Source of the DNA: Candidatus Dormibacter sp.
GTDB lineage: Bacteria; Chloroflexota; Dormibacteria; CF-121
Assembly (NCBI GenBank): GCA_039922495.1
Contig: JBDTEO010000024.1
Coordinates: 30,459-94,458, forward strand
Reading direction: 5' to 3'
Length of the DNA: 64,000 nt
Position 1 is the first letter of the stretch, and each line of letters starts with the position of its first letter. Below, piece by piece: positions 55,033-64,000 of this stretch. Both the position numbers and the translations under genes were made by a program. A model generated the notes under the pieces. That model saw nothing but the letters and a program-made list of their open reading frames with translations. It was not told the DNA's origin and searched no databases.

Positions 55033-55113
55033 GCCGGTGCTCTGGTAAAATCGCGGGGTCCGGCCGCGTCGGCGACGCTGGCTCATCGACGGCTCACCGG
55101 GGTTAGGGGAAGC

Positions 55114-55512
55114 ATGCTGCTCAGTCTTCGATTTTTGCGACGGATGGCCCGCGAGCTTCCCAGGTATGGCAAGCTCACCTATTGCCTCTACCGAGATCCG
55201 CGGGTGCCCCAGCGCAACAAGCTGGCGCTGGCGGCCGCGCTGGCCCTGATCATGAACCCGGCCGTCGATATCCCGCTGCGGTTTCCCGTCTTCGGCGAGT
55301 TGGATGCGATGGCCCTTTCGGTGCTGGCCGTGCGGATGTTCGTCGATCGGGCCCCGAAGGAGGTGGTGGCGGAACACCAGGAGCGAATTGCCCTTGGCAC
55401 CAGCGTCTTCGACCAGGACCTGCGCCATGGCCAGGATGGCCTGCACACCCGTCTCGCCGAGCTGCGGGACCGGGGTCGGGTCGCGCTCCATCGGGGGAGG
55501 CCCGCCATATGA
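55114..55512 (+). CDS. DUF1232 (YkvA-like) small membrane-associated protein
   Basis: [16 protein letters not shown] resembles the DUF1232 PxDxIPDxxPxxGxxDD core. Confidence 0.55.
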   Translation: MLLSLRFLRRMARELPRYGKLTYCLYRDPRVPQRNKLALAAALALIMNPAVDIPLRFPVFGELDAMALSVLAVRMFVDRAPKEVVAEHQERIALGTSVFDQDLRHGQDGLHTRLAELRDRGRVALHRGRPAI

Positions 55513-55955
55513 GAGTCGTGCTGACCGAGGATGTCAAAGGTACCGGCAAGGCGGGCGAGACAAAGGACGTCGCCGATGGCTACGCGCGAAACTATCTGTT
55601 GCCGCGCAAGCTGGCGCAGGCCGCCACCAGGGGCGCGGTCGAGCGCATCGATCGCCAACGAGCCACCGCGGTGCAACGCGAGCAGCGTGAGCTGGACGAG
55701 GCGCGCGCGCTGGCGACCCGCCTGTCCGCGGTCCAGGTGACCTTGAAGTTACGCGTGGGGAAGGACGGCAAACTCTTCGGGGCCGTGACTAACGCCGATG
55801 TCGCCTCTGCCCTCAAGCAGCAGCATGGGATGACGCTCGACCGCCGGAAGATCGAGTTTCCCGAGCCGGTCAAGGCGATGGGCCGGGCGACCGCCCAGGT
55901 GCGCCTCCATCGCGAGGTGAGCGCGGCCATTCCCCTGATGGTCACCTCTGCTTGA
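55509..55955 (+). CDS. rplI: 50S ribosomal protein L9
   Basis: [36 protein letters not shown]... is a textbook L9. ATG 55509 overlaps the upstream stop. Confidence 0.95.
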   Translation: MRVVLTEDVKGTGKAGETKDVADGYARNYLLPRKLAQAATRGAVERIDRQRATAVQREQRELDEARALATRLSAVQVTLKLRVGKDGKLFGAVTNADVASALKQQHGMTLDRRKIEFPEPVKAMGRATAQVRLHREVSAAIPLMVTSA

Positions 55956-57325
55956 GAGTTGATGTAAGGAACGCGCCCGCCCCCACCGCGCCGGTGGCAA
56001 CGGGCGGACGGGTTCCGCCGCAGAACCTGGAGGCCGAAGCCTCGGTGCTCGGGTCGCTGATGCTGGACCGCAACGCGATCGTGCGGGTGGCCGACTTCCT
56101 TCGCCCCGAGGATTTCTACCTCGACAACCACGCGCAGGTTTTCCGCGCCGCGCTGAACCTCTATGACCGTGCCGACCCGATTGACCTGCTCACCCTCGCC
56201 GCGGAACTGGAGAAGATGCGAGTCCTCGAACGGATCGGAGGCCAGGCCTTTCTGGCGGAGCTGGAGAGTGGGGTGCCCACGGCGGCCAACGTCGAGTACT
56301 ACGGCCATTTGGTCGAGGAGGCCGCCACCAAGCGAAAGCTGATCGGCGCCGGCGCCAAAATCACCGCGCTCGGATTCGACGAGGCGACGCCGGCCGCCAC
56401 CGCGTTGGACACCGCCGAGGGGGTCATCTTCAATATCGCGGAAGGCCGGATCACCCAGGACTTCGTCGCCCTCAAGGACATTCTCAAGACCACCTGGGAC
56501 CAGATCGAGGCGATCCACAAGGACCAGAGCATCGTCTCCGGCGTCCCGAGCGGCTTCACCGACCTGGACGCCAAGACCGGCGGCTTTCAGAAGTCCGACC
56601 TGATCGTGATCGCGGCCAGGCCGGGGGTGGGCAAAACCTCCCTTACGCTCAATATCGCGCAGCATGCGTCGATCCAGTACAAGATCCCGGTCGCGATCTT
56701 CTCGCTCGAGATGTCAGAGCAGCAGCTCGTGACCCGCTTGCTCTGCAGCGAGGCGTCCGTCGACTCGTACCGGCTGCGCACCGGTCTGCTGAAGGACGCC
56801 GAATGGCCTCGCATCGCGCAGGCGATGGGCGCCCTGTCCGAGGCCCAGATCTACATCGATGACTCGCCGAACATCTCGGTGATGGAGATGCGGACCAAGG
56901 CGCGCCGGCTGAAGTCGGCCAACAATCTCGGCCTGATCATCGTCGACTACCTCCAGCTGATGCAGGGCCGCAACCAGGAAAACCGGGTCCAGGAAATTTC
57001 AGACATCTCCCGGTCCCTCAAGGGTCTTGCCCGCGAGCTGCAGATCCCGGTCATTGCCTGCTCGCAGCTGAGCCGCGAGCCGGAAAAGCGCAATGATCAC
57101 CGGCCCCAGCTGGCGGACTTGCGGGAGAGCGGCTCGATCGAACAGGATTCGGACGTCGTCCTCTTCATCTATCGCGAGCGCTTCTACAACGACAATGTCG
57201 CCGAAGACAAGCGGAACATCGCCGAGATCATCATCGCGAAACACCGCAACGGCCCGACGGGCAAGCTCGAACTGATGTTCATCGACGAGCAGACCAAGTT
57301 CGTCAACCTGGAGCGGCGGCGCTGA
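55952..57325 (+). CDS. dnaB: Replicative DNA helicase DnaB
   Basis: [19 protein letters not shown]-terminal motif. Walker [11 protein letters not shown]. RecA-like core with H4 motif. Confidence 0.95.
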   Translation: MRVDVRNAPAPTAPVATGGRVPPQNLEAEASVLGSLMLDRNAIVRVADFLRPEDFYLDNHAQVFRAALNLYDRADPIDLLTLAAELEKMRVLERIGGQAFLAELESGVPTAANVEYYGHLVEEAATKRKLIGAGAKITALGFDEATPAATALDTAEGVIFNIAEGRITQDFVALKDILKTTWDQIEAIHKDQSIVSGVPSGFTDLDAKTGGFQKSDLIVIAARPGVGKTSLTLNIAQHASIQYKIPVAIFSLEMSEQQLVTRLLCSEASVDSYRLRTGLLKDAEWPRIAQAMGALSEAQIYIDDSPNISVMEMRTKARRLKSANNLGLIIVDYLQLMQGRNQENRVQEISDISRSLKGLARELQIPVIACSQLSREPEKRNDHRPQLADLRESGSIEQDSDVVLFIYRERFYNDNVAEDKRNIAEIIIAKHRNGPTGKLELMFIDEQTKFVNLERRR

Positions 57326-59974
<2,649 letters not shown>

Positions 59975-60059
59975 TGTAGTCGAGGTTTCGCCCGAATACG
60001 GCCCATTCCTGCACCGTGCGTCCAAATACGGAAAATCGGCGTAAGAAGGTCTGCTATCC

Positions 60060-61364
60060 TTGCACCGTTTGCGGGCACCCAACGTGAGACGTTTCCTTCC
60101 ATGCATCCCACTCACGCTCATCCTGGTTGCCACCGGGGCGTTATGGAGCGCCACCCTTAGCGTCGCCGCCGATGCGCGCTGGGTCGCGACCGGCGCGCAG
60201 GCGCCGGGTCAGGCCGACAAGCCGGTCTGGTCCGTTGCCGTCTCGCGGGCGCATCCCGCCCTGCTGCTTGCCGCCACCCAGGGACGCGGCATCCTGCGGA
60301 GCGCCGATGCCGGGAGCACCTGGGTCTCGGTGACGCCGGCGGTCGACGCCGCCTGGGTCGTCCGGTTCGACCCGACCCAGCCAACCGTGGCCTACGCCGG
60401 CACGCAGACCGACGGCTTCCTCAAATCGGTCGACGAGGGCAGGACCTGGACCGCGGCAAGCCAGGGCCTCCCGAGCGACGTGCGGTCGATCGACGTCATC
60501 GGCACGACGATCGTGGTCGGGACCGCACAGGGCGTCTATGACTCGACCGATGCGGGAGCGACCTGGCACGGGCTGGGGCTGAACGACCTGGACGTCTCGG
60601 CGGTCGGCCTGCTGGCCAAGCCGAATGGCTTCACGATCTTCGCGGGTGCCGACAACGGGAGCGCCTCGGCGGGGTACCTGCTGCAAAGCGAGGACGTCAC
60701 CGGCAGCTGGCGCGTGATGAAATCAAGCGTGCCCGCCGACGCGACCGTCAGTGCCATCGCGGTCGGGCCCACAGCCTCCGGGGCGAGTCAGCCACCGGTT
60801 ATCGCCGGCACCTCGCAGGGATTGTTTCGAACAGACGACCGCGGCGCGACCTGGAGTCCGCTCAACGGACTGCCAACCGGCGACGTCAACCTGGTCCTCT
60901 TCAATCCCGCCAACGCCGACCAGATTTACGCCGGCAGTGATGCCGACCAGGGAAACGGCGGGGTCTTCCGCTCGCTTGACCGCGGCGCCAGCTGGACCAG
61001 CCTGGGCGCCGGCTTGCCGGCACGGCCGCGGGTCACCGCGCTCGCCTTGCAACCGCTCAATCCGCCGCAGGTCGTGACCGCCACCTGGAACCCCACGACC
61101 GGCCACGCCGGTGCCTATCGCATCCCGGACGCCGCCGCGTCGGTTAGCGGAGCCAACCCCTCGACCGCACCCTCCGCGACGGTGCGGGCGACCGTCTCGG
61201 CGCGGGCGACCGCCCAGCCGGTGGTACGGCCGCGGTCGGCCGGCCTGCCGACCATGTCCGCCTCCTACGTGGTCGCCCTGGCGGTGCTGGCCGCGATCGG
61301 TCTCTTTTACGCGCTGCGCCGCTGGCGCCTTCGCCGGGAGGATCGCCGCACCTACGCGCCCTGA
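60060..61364 (+). CDS. BNR/Asp-box repeat beta-propeller protein, signal peptide plus C-terminal TM anchor
   Basis: Repeated S-x-D-x-G-x-T-W motifs (SADAGSTWVS, SVDEGRTWTA, STDAGATWHG, TDDRGATWSP, SLDRGASWTS). C-terminal hydrophobic anchor plus RRWRLRR stop-transfer. Start uncertain (60060-60083). Confidence 0.7.
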   Translation: MHRLRAPNVRRFLPCIPLTLILVATGALWSATLSVAADARWVATGAQAPGQADKPVWSVAVSRAHPALLLAATQGRGILRSADAGSTWVSVTPAVDAAWVVRFDPTQPTVAYAGTQTDGFLKSVDEGRTWTAASQGLPSDVRSIDVIGTTIVVGTAQGVYDSTDAGATWHGLGLNDLDVSAVGLLAKPNGFTIFAGADNGSASAGYLLQSEDVTGSWRVMKSSVPADATVSAIAVGPTASGASQPPVIAGTSQGLFRTDDRGATWSPLNGLPTGDVNLVLFNPANADQIYAGSDADQGNGGVFRSLDRGASWTSLGAGLPARPRVTALALQPLNPPQVVTATWNPTTGHAGAYRIPDAAASVSGANPSTAPSATVRATVSARATAQPVVRPRSAGLPTMSASYVVALAVLAAIGLFYALRRWRLRREDRRTYAP

Positions 61365-62824
61365 GCGAGGGGCAGCCGGACGGTAAAGGCGGCGCCGCCG
61401 CCTGGCGCGGTGGAGGCCTCGATCCGCCCGCCGTGGGCCTCGACGATCGACCGCGCGATCGCCAGGCCTAATCCCGAGCCTCCCGCATCTCGCTCGCGCG
61501 CCTTCGTGCCCCGATAGAAGCGCTCGAACACGTGCGGCAGATCCTCGCGCGCGATGCCCGGCCCGGCGTCCTCGACGCGAATGACCGCCATGCCCGACTC
61601 GCGAATCGCGCTCCATCGCTGCGCCGCGGCCGGCGCGTACTTGACCGCGTTCAGGGCCAGGTTGGCGACGACCTGCTTGAGGGCCTCGGGGTCGACCTCG
61701 ACGCGGAGCCCGGCTTCGAACGCCCGGGAGGTGGTCACCCCATGGGCTTTCAGGTTCAGCTCGTCGAGCGCTTCGTTGAGCCAGCGGTCAACGGTGACCG
61801 GCCGCCGGTTCGCGGCCGGCTGCGACTCGAAGCGGGTCAGCGCCAGGAGGTCGTTGACGAGCCGCGTCATGCGCAGGCTTTCCATCCGCATTGCCGTAAG
61901 CGAGCTCTGCAGGAGATCGTGATCGACCGCCGGTCGGCGGCTGAGGACGTCGATGTACCCGGCAATCGACGTCAGCGGTGTCCGGAGTTCGTGCGAGGCA
62001 TCGCCGACAAACTGCCGCATCCGCTCTTCGGAGCGGCGCCGGAGTTCGAAGGCCTGCTCGATCCCGGCGGCCATCTTGTTGAAGGCGAGCGCCAGGGTGC
62101 CGATCTCGTCCGCACTATTCGGGACCGGAACCCGCTGCTTGTAGTCGCCGGCGGCGAGCGCTCCCGCGCTCGACGACATGTGTTCCAGCGGTTGGAGCGC
62201 TCGACCGACGATCAGCGGGCTCAGAGCGATTGCGAGCAGCAGCGCGATGACGGAGCCGGCCAGGACGACCGCGCGGTCCAGTCGCAGAGTGCGATCGATG
62301 TCGTCCGTCGGAATCGCGAGCTGGGCCACGCCGACTGGCCTGGTGCCGTTCCTGATGACGTTGAGGACCACCAGGTACGGCGGCGAGCCGTCAAGGGTCG
62401 ACCCGAGATAGTACGGTTGCGGTTTCTGCCGGATCGCCTGGAGGTAATCCTGCGTTCGCAGGGTCGGCGGCGTTCCGGCCGGCGTCAGGGTCGCGGGCGC
62501 CGCGGCCACCAGGCCGCCGTTCAGGTCGAAGATGGCGGCGGAGACCCGGCGCGACCGGAGCTCAGTGGCGAACTGCTGGGAAAGAAGAAGCGCCCGAATC
62601 GGCGTCACCCCGGGACGGGTCGCCACTTGCCTGCGGAAGGCCTGGGCGACGGCGGTGTATTCGCTGATGAGGACGTCGGCATTACTGCGAAGGAGGACCT
62701 CCCGGGCGGCCAGGTACTGCGCCACCCCGAGCAACAGCAGCAGGACCAACAGCAGGCCGACGTAGAGGCCGGTCAGGCGCCAGCGGAGCGATCGGAAGCG
62801 CGACGGAATGCGTCGCGACGTCAT
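61352..62824 (-). CDS. Sensor histidine kinase (TM-HAMP-HisKA-HATPase, OmpR-partner type)
   Basis: H-box SHELRTPLTSI. HAMP. N, G1, G2 boxes (DAGPGI, GGSGLGLAI). Start ATG 62824 overlaps the RR stop (ATGA). Confidence 0.9.
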   Translation of the reverse strand: MTSRRIPSRFRSLRWRLTGLYVGLLLVLLLLLGVAQYLAAREVLLRSNADVLISEYTAVAQAFRRQVATRPGVTPIRALLLSQQFATELRSRRVSAAIFDLNGGLVAAAPATLTPAGTPPTLRTQDYLQAIRQKPQPYYLGSTLDGSPPYLVVLNVIRNGTRPVGVAQLAIPTDDIDRTLRLDRAVVLAGSVIALLLAIALSPLIVGRALQPLEHMSSSAGALAAGDYKQRVPVPNSADEIGTLALAFNKMAAGIEQAFELRRRSEERMRQFVGDASHELRTPLTSIAGYIDVLSRRPAVDHDLLQSSLTAMRMESLRMTRLVNDLLALTRFESQPAANRRPVTVDRWLNEALDELNLKAHGVTTSRAFEAGLRVEVDPEALKQVVANLALNAVKYAPAAAQRWSAIRESGMAVIRVEDAGPGIAREDLPHVFERFYRGTKARERDAGGSGLGLAIARSIVEAHGGRIEASTAPGGGAAFTVRLPLAQGA

Positions 62825-63519
62825 GGCTTGATCCGGTAGCCCACTCCCCGAACAGTCTGGATCAGGTGGTGTCGCTCGTCGCCCAGTTTCTGGCGCAGGT
62901 ATCGGATATACACCTCGACGTTGTTCGCGTCGCCGAAAAAGTTGTAGCCCCAAACCTGGTCGAGGATGCGCTCGCGGGGAAGGACCTGGTTGGGGTGGAG
63001 CATGAGCAGACGGAGCAGGTCGAACTCGCGCGGCGAGAGCTCCACCGGCCGCCCCTGGCGACGGACCTCGCGGGTGCCTTCGTCCATGGTGACGTCCTGG
63101 ACCTGCAACTGGGGTCCGGCGCTCGGGTTTCGGCGGCGCATCACGGCGCGGATCCGGGCGACCAGCTCCCCGAAGTCGAACGGTTTGACGAGGTAATCGT
63201 CGGCCCCAACCTCGAGCCCCTGGATCCGATCCTGGACGTCATCCCGGGCCGAGAGAATGATGATCCCGAGATCCTTGTTGCCCCGAACGGCGCTGGCCAC
63301 GGCCAGGCCATCCATCTTGGGCATCATCACGTCGAGGATGACGACGTCGGGCTTGAACTCGCTGATCAGCCGGATGGCCGCCTGGCCGTCCCCCGCGACC
63401 TGGACCTGGAACCCCTCGTACTGCAGGCCGAGCCGGATGAAGTCCACGATGCTCGTTTCGTCATCGACCACCAGCACGCGTGGCGCTCGGATGAAGCTCT
63501 CGCTCGCGGCCGTCTCCAT
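62821..63519 (-). CDS. OmpR/PhoB-family response regulator
   Basis: REC (VLVVDDE...DVVILDVMMPKMDG) plus winged-helix trans_reg_C (VYIRYLRQKLG...IQTVRGVGYRI). Confidence 0.92.
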   Translation of the reverse strand: METAASESFIRAPRVLVVDDETSIVDFIRLGLQYEGFQVQVAGDGQAAIRLISEFKPDVVILDVMMPKMDGLAVASAVRGNKDLGIIILSARDDVQDRIQGLEVGADDYLVKPFDFGELVARIRAVMRRRNPSAGPQLQVQDVTMDEGTREVRRQGRPVELSPREFDLLRLLMLHPNQVLPRERILDQVWGYNFFGDANNVEVYIRYLRQKLGDERHHLIQTVRGVGYRIKP

Positions 63520-63614
63520 CTTCGCCTCAATATAACGGCGCGTTCGTTCGAATCCCAGCGTTCACGGTGGGTTCTCAGTGCTTCTTAAGGAAGCGGTTCC
63601 GTAAGCTTGCGCGG

Positions 63615-64000
63615 ATGCCGCCGGTCACGAAGCCGAAGCGCCGTTCCTGGCTGATCCCATCGATCGTCGGCGCCTACCTGACGGCCGTCACCCTCTTTAT
63701 GGTCTTCGTCCTGCACCTGTCCGTCTCACCCGAGCGCTTCCTCATCCTGATGTTGATCGCTGCCCTGGTGCTCGGTCGCGGCAAGCTGTTCCTTGCGGAT
63801 TGGATTCCGTTCCTCGTGCTCTTTCTCTCCTACGAGTACCTGCGCGGACTCAGCGGAAAGGTCGGCATGCCGATCCACGACGTCACTCCCCTTGAGCGCC
63901 TGATCAGTTTCGGACAGATTCCTACCCTGCTTCTCCAGCACGCGCTTTACCACGCCGGCCGGGTGCAGTGGTACGACATCGCCGCGACCATGTTCTATTT
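63615..64000 (+). CDS. PAP2-like integral membrane protein (PAP2_3/inositolphosphotransferase-like), partial
   Basis: Open frame to the window end. DWIPFLVLFLSYEYLRG...LISFGQIPTLLLQ resembles the N-terminal region of PAP2_3-family proteins. Confidence 0.5.
   Translation, partial: MPPVTKPKRRSWLIPSIVGAYLTAVTLFMVFVLHLSVSPERFLILMLIAALVLGRGKLFLADWIPFLVLFLSYEYLRGLSGKVGMPIHDVTPLERLISFGQIPTLLLQHALYHAGRVQWYDIAATMFY

Noticed and set aside
63541-63560. GTTCGAATCC motif resembling a tRNA T-loop
   Set aside because: No flanking T-stem/acceptor-stem complementarity or D-loop/anticodon arm could be formed. It lies in a promoter/5'UTR region.

Overview
High-GC (~68-70%) chromosomal window with about 65 genes. 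It mixes core housekeeping loci (amt, ssb, ychF, selA-selB, rplI-dnaB-purA, moaC, mogA-like, dinB, nfo) with several accessory or odd modules. (1) A selenocysteine-containing membrane-bound formate dehydrogenase operon (alpha with in-frame UGA plus SECIS hairpin, 4Fe-4S beta, NrfD-type membrane subunit). The alpha subunit appears to lack a Tat signal. selA-selB and Moco genes lie elsewhere in the window. (2) A partial Tad/Flp-pilus-like locus: Flp pilin, TPR-CAP lipoprotein, GAF histidine kinase plus NarL regulator, CpaF ATPase, and a translationally coupled coiled-coil double-GAF protein. No tadB/tadC/tadV were seen. (3) An operon behind an AT-rich sigma70-like promoter encoding a small two-TM protein, a VirB6/TrbL-like polytopic membrane protein, an M23 peptidase, a short tail-less SSB and a 44-aa acidic peptide. 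This could be a T4SS remnant or a lysis-like cassette. (4) A tandem-duplicated thymidine kinase fusion whose N-terminal copy is degenerate. (5) An lprG/p55-like lipoprotein-MFS operon with a second paralogous lipoprotein 20 kb away. (6) An orphan RnfD/NqrB-like flavoprotein-type membrane protein. No CRISPR, transposase, integrase, rRNA or tRNA was recognised. Many long antisense ORFs in the track are GC-artifacts.
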